From contig NW_003314266.1 in the NCBI RefSeq assembly GCF_000143415.4, forward strand, positions 3,542,398-3,606,397: DNA of 64,000 nucleotides, given 5' to 3'. This document shows, piece after piece, positions 21,820 to 34,900 of the stretch. This stretch comes from Selaginella moellendorffii (lineage: Eukaryota > Plantae > Lycopodiophyta). Below the pieces are notes generated by a model that saw only the letters and a program-made list of their open reading frames with translations, did not search any database and was not told where the DNA came from. How positions within the stretch are numbered: position 1 is the stretch's first letter; each line of letters opens with the position of its first letter. Position numbers and translations under genes: made by a program.

Positions 21820-23658
21820 ATGGCTCCTCCTGGACGCGCTGGTGCTGATCTAGATGGTAGGGATTACTGGGGCGCCATCGTCGCCGGGTTCTTGGAGCTC
21901 TTCATCGCCTGTCTCGTGCTCCTCACGGCCGGTGTCTCGCTCCTCGCCTCCAAGCTCATCAAGATCTTCGACCTGCCGTATCCATGTACGTATCTAGGGC
22001 TCCAGCACGAGCGATCGGTGCTGTGCGAGCAGCACAGGAGGCTGGCGCTGCTCAATCTCCAGCTGCATGACTCGTGTGGCGAGTGCTTGCGAGAGCTGAC
22101 GGCGGCGCGAATCGAGCAGAACGCGCGAGTTCTCCCGCTCTTCCAGGAGCCGCGCGTGAGGGAACTTCACGATGGAAGGGGCGACGATCATCATGATAAT
22201 GAAGAGGACGAGCTGGGTGATGACGGATTTGGGACCGAAGCGATCGCGCACAAGGTGACGAGCGTGGCCGTGGACGACAAGAAAAATCCGGAGGTGCCGT
22301 CGCCTAGAGTTGGAGCTACAGGAGATCGTTGTGTGAAGCGAAAGTTTGCGAAGATATTCGTGGAGGAGCTTCCGCATGATCAGGTATCGTCCGGCGTGAA
22401 ATCTTCCGAGGAGGAGAAAGATAGGGGCGATGCTACCTCGGATCTCTCCGTCGAGAGCGTCAAGGCAGCGTTCCAAGCGGAGAAAGACGCTCTGAACTCA
22501 CTTTATGTGGAGCTCGAGGAGGAAAGGAATGCGTCGGCCATAGCGGCCAACGAGGCCATGGCGATGATCACTCGGCTCCAGGAGGAAAAGGCAGCGGTTC
22601 AGATGGAAGCTCGTCAGTACCAGAGGATGGTTGAGGAGAAAGCGGAGTACGACCAGGAGGCTATCACTCTTCTCAAGGAGATACTCTTCAAGCGAGAACA
22701 GGAAAAGTTCGTGCTGGAGAAGGAGGTGGAGTCTTATCGAAAGCGGCTACTGCCCGCGAGAGATGGCGACGACGTCGACGACTGGCTTCCATCGAGGCTG
22801 CTCCTCGAAGGTGGTGGTGGTGGTGGTTTCGGTGCGGGCCAGAGAAAACCAGCCGAGCTTTCACGTTGGCAAGGGACCAATCTTCTCGAGGACTTCGATC
22901 GGGCGAGCTCGCATCACTCCGGGAGTGTATCCGGCGACGAAGCCACAGGGAATGGAGCGGAAGAGCTGGGCTTTCAACGCAACGCAAGCGCTGCAAGTCC
23001 GGGTGGTGATTATGGTGGCGATCCAACAGCGGGTGGTGATATCGATCTCGATCGAGGAAAACGTAGCGATCAAGTGGAAGAAGCTTTGAGCAACGGCAAC
23101 TCCGACCTTGATCTTCGAACCACCTCCATGGTCATGAGAGACAACTTCCGATTGGCCATGGAAAACGACATCCGAGAGCTAACGTCGAGATTGCAGGTGC
23201 TCGAGGACGACAGGCTGCTACTCACGCAGGTTGTGCAGTCGCTCACGGCCGACAAGCCGGATCATCTCCGAGAGCTCGCGCAACACTTTCGACTCAAGAA
23301 GGCCGCCGCCGAGCTCGCAGTTCCTCCAGTCTCTCAGGTACTTGGCTGCCATCACGAATGCATTTTAACATCCTAGGCCAGCTCCGAGCGCGCGAGCGAG
23401 AGAGGGTGATTGGATTTTTTCGTTTTCTACTGTTTTGTCTAGAGAGTGTGGGTGTGTGAGTTCTAGAGGGGGAGAGTAAAGCTATGTCTCGTTGCTTCGT
23501 TTTCTTTCTTTTTTCTCTGGGAGAGAGGTTTCTAGCTCTTCATTTTGTGCAATAAATAAGATCCTCTCGGGCGGCGTTTATATGAAACTTTCTGGTGGTT
23601 TCTTGTGTTCTTGCAGGTGGTCACGAAGAAACGAAGAATGGAAGGAAGCTTTTGGTAG
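21820..23658 (+). CDS. Myosin-binding protein (MyoB; GTD-binding/DUF593), 2 exons
   Basis: N-terminal TM segment plus DLPYPC, and DUF593 core LYVELEEERNASAIAANEAMAMITRLQEEKAAVQMEARQYQRMVEEKAEYDQEA. Intron 23338-23616 is inferred. Confidence 0.88.
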
Positions 23659-23938
23659 AAGATCTTGTTTGGAGCATCGAGTCTATCAAGGATTGGAGTA
23701 GAGAATTTGGATTTGGAGCGTTTCGCGAGGATTTGGAGCGCGAATGTAGATTTGTTTCATTCGAGCGTTTATTGTATTTGTAATGTTTGTATTGTATTTA
23801 AAGGAAGGTTATGTATGGTAGCTTGCCCTACCTTTAAAAGAATGCTTAGAATTTGGGTGTAACTTAAATATTTTGGTTGGTATGGTGGTTGGCTCCACTT
23901 TTCTAGGGCTAGAGAAGCGCTAGGGTTGCGCGTGAGCA

Positions 23939-26900
23939 ATGCAGCCGGATCGATCGGAATCGCCGGTCCTCCGGAGCGATCCCAGAGTAAGGTGAGCTCT
24001 CTCTTTCGGTGCGATCGGTCGCCGGATGATTTATTTCCAGTGACGAGGACGCGAGCGGCAGCATGGAAGTGACGATCCCAGCTCTTGACAGCTCCGATGT
24101 GCGGCGCAAGAGCTCTTCCACGCGCCCGTGCACGCTTGTCATCACTCACACGGGGCAATGCGTGAATCTGGTCGCGGATTCTGCGAGTGGTCCTCCAGTA
24201 GAGACGGAAGAGGAAATGTCTGTGACAAAGAACGCGTTCTTTGGGAAGCTGAGAGAGACGTTTGAGGATCTAAATCTTCGTGGACTTTTGTGGCTCAATA
24301 GCCAGGGACAAGGCAAGAACATCGACGCAGAGAAGGTACTTTTTTGAATGACTTCTTTGTTTTTCCTCTTCGATTTTATATTCCTTTTTGTCTGCTTCGC
24401 TAGAGAATCCAGCAATCGATTTTTCTTCACGCTGGTTTGTCTAACTGTTCCTTTTCGTTCTTGAACAGGATGTATTGTCTAGATTTCACAACTCTTATCT
24501 TTACGGAGATGTGCCTCTAAGTATCAAGCTTAGGACCGCAATCAGGAGTGGGACTTGGAGTCACGTCACGATTTGGGTAACTTCGAAGAATGAATTCTCT
24601 GTGATTTTGGTTTTTTTGCTTGAAAGCTAGTAGTTCATGCAGCTGCTCTTTGCAGGTAGAGTTTTTCGCCGCTGTGATTTCCGTGACTGCTTACGTACGG
24701 CAAACGTAAGTGCGGCGAAAGTTTTGGAATGTGTTTAACTATTTGTGTCTGCTCCTCAGGTATACGGAGGAGACACTAGGATGGTCCCAGTTCTTCAGGC
24801 GGGTCTTCTCTTTGTATTTTGCTGCCGACTATGTTCTGAGGATCTTTAGGTAGTTCGTTCGTTCCTTGAAGCAGCATCTTATGCTTGTCGTCTTTCTTTG
24901 CAGTGCTCCTGTTCGTCTCTATTACATTTTCTCTACTGCCGGAATTATCGATTTGATAAGCTCGCTGCCTATATTTTACATCTGGAGGTATGTAAAATTT
25001 TGAGGCCGCAATGTTGTTTAACCTTTTTTAATGGTGGCAACAGCGTCGCAGATAATTACAGCGCAGTTCCGCAAATGCTTCGGGTAATACGTGCACGAAG
25101 GTGCAAGGTTTGCTTTGAAGACAACTCCTGTCAAGGATAATATCGATTTTAATGCACCGTCATCTGGCAGAATACTACCTTACCTGCTTACTTTGGGACT
25201 AGTTGGTGGTACAATCGCTCAGCAGATATTTCTTCTTATAATGTACACTCTAGGAACTGGTACGCAAACTCTCGTTTGTTCTTTATCTTGATTCGTCTTC
25301 GTGCTTCAGTTTTCATAGCTGCTGGGATATTTCAGTGGGTTGAGTACAAGAATACCCCAGCAAATGTAAAAAGAGAAGCTAACTGTGACGAAGCAGGCTG
25401 CTTTACTTTCTATCAAGCTTTTTATTTTCTGATTGTTACGGTGAGTATGCTCTATATTTTTCCAAGTTCCGTTTTCTATTTTGTGCTGTTATAGATAACG
25501 ACGGTTGGATACGGGGATTTCAGTCCGAAGTCTAACTGGGGACGCTTTGTGGCAATCACCGTGATCTTGGCAGCAGTCCTGATACTGCCCTTGCAAATAA
25601 ATAATATTCTCCAGCTTGCGTCCCGCAGGTGAGCACCTATGTTTTCCTTATCACTGCTTTAAGATGTCTTTATGTTTTCCTGGTGCAAGACCGTATGGCG
25701 GAAAACTTGCGTTGCAAAAAGTTGTTGGGTCGCGGTTTATAATATTGAGTGGCAATGTTTCATTTAATACTGTAGAACATTTTCTCTCTGGCTTTTACCA
25801 TCCGTGCCATGACAAAGGTCCTTCTGCTCTTCAAGGTTGCTTACGGCATCCATCCTCTTTCGTGATTGCAGATATGACGGCGTTTCCTATACGTGTTGTT
25901 ATTATGGCACCTTTTAAGCCATCGTATGTTGCTTTTGCCTGACTGCTTGTTGGAAATTGCAATGTTTTCTATTGCAGGTTCGAGTTAAAAACGCTGCTTA
26001 CGGTGTACAAAGACAACGTTGAGTTCATTGAAGGTGTTCCCACGAAAGAAACTGATCTGGTTCGCGCTGGGGCAAAGCTTGCATCGGCTTTCTTTTTGTT
26101 GGCAGATCATTACGCCAAAGTAAATTGTAGTTGAACAAAATTCTCACTAACATGGATATTTATTTGCAGGATTTTGATGCGGAAGACGCAGCTCAAATGA
26201 CGCGCTCGTTATCTGTTCACCGTCACTGTGGTCCTATGGCTCGAGTGATTGTTGAACTATTAAAACCAGAGAACTGTAAAAGTGCGCTCTGGGACGAGTT
26301 TGAATCGGGTATTGAGGTGCTTTGTCCCGAAGCAATACGTTTTAAGTTGCTTGCAAGAAGGTATATGTCAAGTTTTCTGTCTCAACTGTCACTTTACCAT
26401 GTAAATGCAGCTGCCATATCCAAGGGTTTTCGACGTTCATCATCAACCTGTTTCGGTCAGGCTTATTTATCAGAAGTCCCAAAGAGGAGCATTGGATGGT
26501 GCAGTACTATCGAGGCCTTCAGCATGAAGTCTTCCCGGTCATATTACCACCGTGTCTTCATCGTCAGGAGCTAATGTTTGAAGAGGTTAGCATCGTTTGC
26601 CTCGTTTCTGAAGGTTTTCTGATCGTAATATGCTCAGGTGGTGGAAGTGATGTACCTCAAGTATAGAGTGATTCTTTTTGGGCTGGATGTGCAAATTGGA
26701 GACGGGTCCCGAACAGTGGTGCTGTATCCACGGGGGCGCATCTTGGATCCCTGTGACGTGGGGCTTGTGATTGCCAGCGATCTTGCAGCAGCGGAGCAAG
26801 TTTCTAAGTTTGGGTTACCCGTTCACCAAGCTTGTCCGTATCTTGACTTCTCTCAAGACTTGAAGATCGCCATGGACGACATGGTGTTGCAGCAAGTTAA

Positions 26901-28172
26901 AAACAGGTGGAAGGAGTTTCGCCGTAACGAAGAGAAATGGAAGAGCACGAATAACACGTTTGGTAGCTTGAGGGAAGGTCTCAAGAAGAATTTGGCCGCA
27001 TGGTCTTCGAGGAAAACAACGGTTACTAGTCTCGAAGATGCTATCGAGGCAGCAACAAGGTGGCCACCTCTCAAGCTGGATAAGCCCGATCCTCCGGTGC
27101 TAGCAAGGAGGGCTCAAATCATCCAGGCGCACTTGCAGAGCAACACGATGAATGTCGTGAGGCTACCTTCTCCACACATTCTTGTTTGCATCGAAGGAAT
27201 GTGGCCCGTCAACCTCTTCTACTTTGTTTCCAACTTGAGGATAAACAACGTCCTCAACTTGCCGGTAGTTATCCTTCATCCGAACGAGCCGACCGCCGCA
27301 CAATGGGGATGCGTTGGCCTTTTCTCAGACGTTTATTTCGTCCAAGGAACGGCTCTCTACGAGCTCGATCTTATTCGCGCTGGTGTCCTTCAAGCAGGTA
27401 CTGAGAATCTAGACCTTTCGTTGTATATGCATATGTTTTTTTGTCAGGCTTTTCTTTTTTTTCATACGCTTTGACGTTGCAGAGCGAGTGGTCATTCTGA
27501 CAGAGACGCTCCAGGAGGAATCTATTCAGTCCGATGACTCAGCCTCCATGTCTCAGTCCATCAACATCGCCGACTTAAACAACGTCCGAATTGCAGCGAA
27601 CGTGGAGCGTTTAATTAGCCCTGCAAGAGGTCGTGTTATTGTCGAGCTGCAGCAAGAAAACCAGATCCAGTTTCTGCGGCCCAAGTTCAACATAGATGCC
27701 CGTCTGTTTCACACTGGCATGTACCACCGAGACCACACAGGAAGGTTCCAGTTTGCTCCTCCTTACATCGAAGGGAAAGGCTTTAGTCCTGGAGCATTAA
27801 CATTTCTTATGTAAGTTCGAGTTCCATTTATGTTTTCTGAGCTGCTGACAGTTAATATTTTCCAGATACGCAACGTTTTTTAATTCCACTGTGATATCTA
27901 TAGTGGAGCAACTGTCATCTGGATGTCCCATGGACCAATTGGACGAAGGGAGTGCTGAAATCCGACACTTCGAACAAATTGCTGTTCCTAGACACTACCA
28001 GGGACAAACTTTCTCGGACCTGTTCCTCGGTTTGCTAGAGCACGAAAGGATACTCGCATTGGGACTGTACAGGCCTCTGGGGACGCAGGGATCCGTCGTT
28101 TGCTACGTTTCCACCAATCCTGAGCCGTCCTTGAGTTTGGTTGAAGGCGATCTGGTCTATGTCCTCAAGTGA
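23939..28172 (+). CDS. SLO/BK-family potassium channel with S1-S6, TVGYGD pore and two RCK domains (multi-exon)
   Basis: S4-like MLRVIRARRIL, pore FYQAFYFLIVT|ITTVGYGDFSPKSNWGR, RCK motifs (FIILSG, DLVRAGAKLA, HILVC, FVQGTALYELDLIRAGV, VIVEL) and the C-terminal LGLYR...YVSTNPEP...GDLVYVL. Confidence 0.9.
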
Positions 28173-28305
28173 TCGTGATCTCAGCCGTCCGTAAGCTCGA
28201 AAGAAATTCCTTCATGGAACGTCAACTGGGGGCACCAACGGTTGAGATGGTTTTGTCATTCGTGAAGAATGCGTCCTTTGGAGAGCGGCTCTCACATCTC
28301 GTGAA

Positions 28306-29407
28306 ATGGTGAGAGAAGTTGAGATGTCTGGAACCATCGAGCATGTCGACTTTCAGGTACGAAACTCGCTTTCATTTTACCAAACGCATTTCTTTCTCTG
28401 TCTTTTGTATTGCAGAAGGCATTTGGCATCTTGTATGGAGACGAAAAGTTCCAAAAGAGATATCACAAAGAAATCAGTAAAGATCCCGGTGCGGTAGTGT
28501 CCACTTGGACGAGGGAGGGGCGGCGGGAAGTCAAGTTTGCAGCTCCAGTGAGTGCACCAAAAGTAGTACAGATGCTTCTAGGTAATCGATCAGCACAATG
28601 TGTTTTTCGTGACACTGACGAGCTTCGCCGTGCTTCCAGGCGCAGACAAGCTGCAAGTGACAGAAATCCAGCAGTATACAAAGCTGGAAGATTCAGTCAT
28701 CATAAAGTCTGAGCCGATTTTCGACGCTCCTGGTGGAAGCAGCTTTCGGACGTTTGGTAAAGTGATACTGGCGCCTGGTGATACAGATCGAAGCTGCCGC
28801 GTCACCATGTTGATATCATTGGAATGCAAAGCTGGAATGTGGGGAGTACAGGGTATGGTGGTTTTAGTTTACGTGGTGGTGTCTTTGTTAACTGGTGATT
28901 TTCTCAGGAACCGTCGAGAGTTACATGGAGACCCATGCAAGGAAATCTTTTACGGGATGGATGCGCATAGCTCGAATCTTTTGTGAGGAGGAGCTCGGGT
29001 TGACACAGCGGCAGGAGTTTGGAGACGAGGACGAGTACTACGATTTTGAGGACGTGGGATCGGTCTCGGGGTCAGAGACAGGGAGTAGTTCTGGTAGCGT
29101 AGCGGATAGAGACAGGGACGTTGGCTCCAGCAGCGAGGCTCCGTTAGGACTGGACATGTGGTTCGTCCAGTCTGTTTTGAAGGAGCTCAACGGGTTGCAG
29201 ATATCCGGGGACGCATCGCGGACGCATTTAGAGAAGTTGAATGTCAAGCTCCAAAAGATTGAGGACGAGCTTTTCATCGTCAAGTCCCACTTAGAGCGGC
29301 AGAATCGGCGATGGTTACAGGCGACGTGGGGGGTGGTGGCTTTGAGCATTGCAATCGGGTTGATAATCGGTTTCCGACGGCTGTGTGTGCGCACAAACAG
29401 GAGGTAG
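28306..29407 (+). CDS. VASt (StAR-like lipid transfer) domain protein with coiled coil and C-terminal TM anchor (4 exons)
   Basis: Spliced ORF with VVSTWT...RREVKF, VTEIQQY, DAPGGSSF, CRVTM...WGVQGTVES and a hydrophobic C-terminal helix followed by basic residues. Confidence 0.7.
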
Positions 29408-29508
29408 CACTGCTCAGACTCCCATGAATTTGGTTGGCATTTATTCGGAGATGGGAACAGGAAAGGAATCCTATGAGAAGGACTCGAGGAAGACACAGGA
29501 GATTATCA

Positions 29509-30157
29509 TCACGTGAGCTTGTCAGAGGATCGTGAGTGGCAGTGGCACTGGAAAATGGAAGGACACAGCGCCAGGGAAAGCAAAAAAAGTCCTTTTTTTT
29601 CTCCGGTTCTACATCTCTCACTCGGCAAAGACACAAGACGAGAGATCTCACATCACCTGGTCGACGACTTCGTCTCCTCCCGTGTCCATCGGCTCCACGG
29701 CAGCTTTGTCACCAGACGCATTGCCAGATTCTTCAGCGACGACCTGGCTTAGAACTTTGCGGCAAATGCGAGAAGGGAATTTTTTTGGGATCCAAACCTG
29801 GGCCTCGGCTTGCTGGGGCCGTTTCATCGCGTACAAGCTTCGCACAAACTCGTCCTCCATGGACTGGAGATACATGCTGTGCTTCTCGTCCGTCCAGTCG
29901 CTCTCCTGGAGTTTTGAAGTGTTTGCCATCGCATCGGCGCCGCGTTATTGCCAGTCCCAGGGGACAGGACAGGGAAGGGAACTTACACTGTCATCTGGCA
30001 GCTCGGCTCGATCGCCATTCCTTTCGTCATCATCTTCGGCAGCGTCCACGACGTCTCCCGTGTTTTGGTCGCGAATGCGTGAAGTCGCCGCCAGAGGCTC
30101 CGAGTCGTGGAGCTCCTCCTCGATGGTGGAAGAGTGGCTGCTATCCTCTTCTTCCAT
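29509..30157 (-). CDS. COR27/COR28-like (cold-regulated, clock-associated) protein; 3' end uncertain
   Basis: Conserved block WTDEKHSMYLQSMEDEFVRSLY and an EVVDQ motif. Exon 1 (30157-29987) splices in frame to 29905. Confidence 0.8.
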
Positions 30158-30206
30158 AGCTCCGCGCTCGATCTTCTCCCTGGAAGAGATAGAGAAGAAA
30201 TACAAA

Positions 30207-30243
<37 letters not shown>

Positions 30244-30420
30244 TTCTTCTACCGAGCTCCAACCTAAGGAAGCTTTTTTCTCTCTTTTCAAGAGGAGGGG
30301 GCCACGAATGGATGGAGTGAAGAAGAATAATTTGCATGAAGCAAGCAACAGATCTTTCTCCGTGGCATATGAATCCCACAAATGCTGGTTTCCGTGCTTC
30401 CGTGGCCAATGGCATCTGCA

Positions 30421-30501
30421 CACGTGGCAGCTTATTACTCCGCCAGATATTTTTCTGGGCGTCTCGCGCCAAATATAGAAATATCAACGGAACAGATTTT
30501 T
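30421..30501 (-). promoter_or_regulatory. Evening element, G-box/ABRE and CCA1-binding site upstream of the COR27-like gene
   Basis: CACGTGGC at 30421, AAAATATCT (minus) at 30445-30453, AAAAATCT (minus) at 30494-30501. Confidence 0.7.
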
Positions 30502-31194
30502 TGTTTCATCTGGTTGCCGGTTCGAATCCATTCAACGGTTTCCTCTTTCAGTGTAACTCAGTGTCGTGATAGTTTTGATTTGCACGCTCTGAAACTGTTC
30601 GATTTTGCGAGGAGTTTGCAGAGAGATTATTATTCATTATACTACTAACTCCTCCATATTCGTGAAGTATTGCACCATCAGCTTCGCTTGGACTTCCAGC
30701 CAATGCATGTCCCTTATTTTAAATCATTGCCATGTGAAGCTATCAATCATCCGGCACGACAGCAGTTACTCTATAGAACGAGGTTGATTTTTGCCAGAAA
30801 GATTGTTTTCCCTTGTGGTTCTCTAACAGAAAATTGGATTATCGCCCTTCTGCTGTTGTTACTAGCAGTCTTTCAAGTGTAAGAACTCCTCAGAATCACC
30901 CATCTACAGCTGCTGTGGCTCCGTCCTTGTCTCACACTAAGTCAACTTGCAATTCCGTTATGTTCCATAGGGAGAAAAGGAAGTGCCTGTATTAAGCCTT
31001 AAAAGGTATACCCGATTGCATAAGGATTTTGAAATTGTTTTTTATCTAAAATATTATCAATACAATAGAATTAGTTATTTTCATAGCATAAAACTGATAA
31101 TATAATTTGCTATAAACTATAAAGTTCTTATTTTAATAATTGATAAATTTTAAGTATAAAGGAATATCCTATATGCAGTATTTAGAACTTTACA

Positions 31195-31345
31195 ATTAGC
31201 AGAGGAGAGGAAGTGCCTTTATGGCATAAGCTCTAGTGGCCAGAAGTATTATGTTGTTACTATTGAGATTATTCATTGCCCAAGAGTTGCATGTGTGAAA
31301 AGTTCTCTCCAAAAACTCTGTTGTAAGCAATAAGCTGAGAGGAGC
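31195..31345 (+). repeat. Dispersed repeat, second copy at ~39420-39570
   Basis: Shared CTCTAGTGGCCAGAA(G/A)TATTAT...CTATTGA...CCAAGA.TTG...TGTTGTAA. Confidence 0.6.
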
Positions 31346-31993
31346 ACATCAATGCCAGGTAGTAGGGAATAGGATATCCACCAACAGGATGTCCTCAACA
31401 AAGATATTCTCTACTATCTTTGCTAGTTTGCTTTAAAGAAATTTTGGGAGAAGGTATAGTCTGGGAGGCCTGACAAAAAACTGTAATAGCCTGCAAGATA
31501 TATAAATTTTAAATATATGTGTGCTTGATATAAAGGATATGATTAACCATAAATTAGTATACAACTGGGTGGAATTGTTAGCCCCGATTCTCCCAACTGC
31601 TGGATATTGTTGTGGCTCTAAGATTAATTATATTGAACTTTGTTGGATCAAGGATAACAATAATAGAAATTAATATTAAATCTGTATTATACATATAGCC
31701 ATTCAAAAGAATATACTACAAATAAAATTATGAGATAACCCAAAACTTACAAAAGTATATCTATTTTAATATATTTTATAATTCTCTTTGTGAGTGCATG
31801 GAATATGGAAAGGGAATACAGAAATGTGCATATCCATTAGCCCAAAAACCCTAGCTTATATACAGGAGTGAGTGGTCCGGATTGAAACCAATCCGACGGC
31901 TACCAAAATCCACTACGCTAATATTAGTATATAGCATCGTAGCTGTACACTTGGCCCTCACATCATCCCCTCCTCTCGGAATAATGGAAGCCG

Positions 31994-34900
31994 TCAGGGT
32001 TCTCTTGTAGATGGGCCGAGATCTGGAGGAACGTCAGGAGGAGGCATCGGCGGATCTGTAAACGGTATTAACTGCTCCTGATCCCTTTGTATGAAGTGTT
32101 TTAACCGCTGCACATGCACAATCTCCGAAGGATCAGCCTGCTGAACGTCATGCCGAACCTCATAAACTTGCGGTCCAGCTTGCCGCAACACCCGATACGG
32201 TCCTTTCCACTGCGCAAGGAGCCCCTTAGATAAACCACGTACCGTAAGATGGGGAAAACGGACTAACACCAAATCATCCACTTTGTACTCTGCAGGTGGA
32301 CGATGATAGGAGTTATAGCGCCGTTGTTGTCCCACTTGTACGCGGCCTAAGTGTTCGGCAGACTCTGCTCGGACAAATGGAAGAATGCTTGTCAAATATT
32401 GATCCCATGACCTAGCATCAGGAGCTCGTGGCAATCGCAAAGGTAAACCCAACTCTGTTGGTAATATTGGATCATGACCATATAGAAGTTTATATGGTGA
32501 AGCACCAACAGAACTCTGCACCCCTGTGACATAGGCATACCGAAGAGACGGCAAATAACCATCCCCATCTGAATGCTGAAAGTTCACATACTTCGCAATC
32601 ATCCCTTTAAATGTCCGAACGAGCCGTTCCACCAGACCGTCTGATTGTGGATGATAAGCACTCGTAAAAGTGTGGCGTATCCCCAACCGAGATGTCAAAA
32701 CATGAAATACCTCAGCCATAAATGCAGGACCATTATCCGAAAGAATCCGCTATGGACAAGAATGTTGGAACACCACTTAATTGAGGAGGAAGTATCCAAC
32801 AGCAGTTGCAGAGGCACTAGCAAGAGCACCAACTTCCACCCAACGAGTCAAGTAGTCAAAAGCAATAATAACATACTCCTTGCCAGCAGTAGATCGTGGA
32901 AAAGGTCCCATAAGATCAAACACCACTAACTCAAACGGACGGGAAACTGCAATTGACTCCAACCGTCCTTCTGCAGCACAAGGGAGAGTATTACGAGCTT
33001 GGCACCAAACGCAAGTACGCACATACCGGATAATATTATGTTGCATCTCCGGCCAATAGAAAGACCTGCGCAGCTTCTCAGTGACACGACGGTGTCCCAT
33101 ATGCCCACCTAGAACAGGAGAATCATGGTAGGCATGGAGAAACCGCGGAATAAACACCGAAGGCACCACCAACCGTAAATGATCATCAGGATCTGTCCCC
33201 ACAAAATAAAGAAGGCCATCTTCAAGGCGATATTGAGAATGTAAATGCCGGAAAGGCAAGTCATCAGCAAGTGATGCAGGATTCTCAAGCCCATCTCGAA
33301 GCCTTCGAATCCACGGCTCAATCTTTTGAGCCTCGCGAACCTCATCAAGAGAAGGTAGATCTTGCTCTACGCCCTGTGGACACTGAACGTCAAGGACAAC
33401 AACCGCCGACGGCACAGAATCCTCATCTAGAAAATCCACAGACGCTGGAACAACAGGTTCGTTAGAAACATGAGAAGTGAGTGGAGAAGGAAGAGGAGCT
33501 CGAAAAAGGGCATCAGCATCAGCCATAGAACTCCCTGGGCGATGAACAACATCAAAATCATATATCTGAAGCTTCAAAGCCCATCAAGCCGTACGACCAA
33601 CTAGGTTCTTCCGCTTCAATAATGAAGTAACAGTAGCATGGTCACCTTCAAGTAACGTCCGAGAACCATGTAGATATGCATGAAGTTTCTCGAAACCCCA
33701 GACTGCTGCTAAACACTCCTTCTCCGTCGTGGAGTAGTTCATCTCCGTTGGTTGTAATGTACGGCTGATGTATGCAATGGGATGGCGCTGACCAGGCACA
33801 CTCGAGCTCTCTTGCATCAACACACCTTCAAGACCAATGTCAGAAGCATCCACGCGCAAAATAAAAGGTCGAGTGTAGTCAGGATATGCCAAAACCGAAG
33901 GAGTCATCAATAACTCTTTAAGATCTACGAACGCCCGCTCGCAATCCGGAGACCAGATGAAAGATGACGTTGATGACTTCAGCAACGCTCGCAATGGTGT
34001 AGTGCGATCGGAAAGATGATCCACAAAATGACCGAGATACTGCACCTTACCCAAAAAGCACTGCACATCATTCACACACTTCGGAGTAGAGAACTTTAGA
34101 ACAGCCACAAGTTTGTCAAGATCAACTTGAAAACCCTCACGAGAAATACGGTACCCAAGATAAGTTGTGTCCTTGGACCCAAACACGCACTTTGACCGCT
34201 TCAGCTTTAAACCAACATCACGTAACTGATCCAACACTTTACAAACATCACGAACGTGCTCCTCCCACGTCCCCTCCGAGTGGATCAAGACATCATCAAT
34301 GAAGTCAACAGTCACCTCCGGCATATCGCAAAGAACCTCGTCCATCATTCGCTAGAAAGTTGCTGGATCATTGTTCAAACCAAACGGCATCACCAAAAAC
34401 TCGTACAAACCAAATGGTGTACGAAAAGCAGTCTTAGGAATATCTTTTTGGGCCATCGGTACTTGCCAATACCCAAAAACAAGATCTAGCTTGGTGAACC
34501 AACGACTTCGCCCCAGACGATCCAAGAGATCAGCAGTGTGAGGAAGAGGATACACATCTAGGATCGTCACTTCATTTAATGGACGATAGTCGATGCAAAA
34601 ACGAATACTCCCATCAGGCTTCGTCACAAGATGAGGTTCACATGCCCAAGGACTCCGCGACTTCCAAATAACACCCTTCTCCAGCATTTCCTTGACGTTT
34701 GCTCGTAAAATCTTGATCTCCTTAGGTGACCGACGACAAACAGGAACCTTGATTGGACGAGCATCCCCGGTTGGAATCAGATGACGTGTGGCAATCTTGG
34801 CCCCAGACGATAGGTCAAATTCAAAGAGATCAGAATACTCCTTCATGAGCCAGTCAACTGCTGCAACACAAAGAGCGTCGGAGGGATTGGAAAAGGGAAA

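Noticed and set aside
29532-30487. Long ORFs of 146-262 aa around the COR27-like gene
   Set aside because: Antisense or UTR read-through spanning a GA microsatellite; the spliced minus-strand model explains the region.
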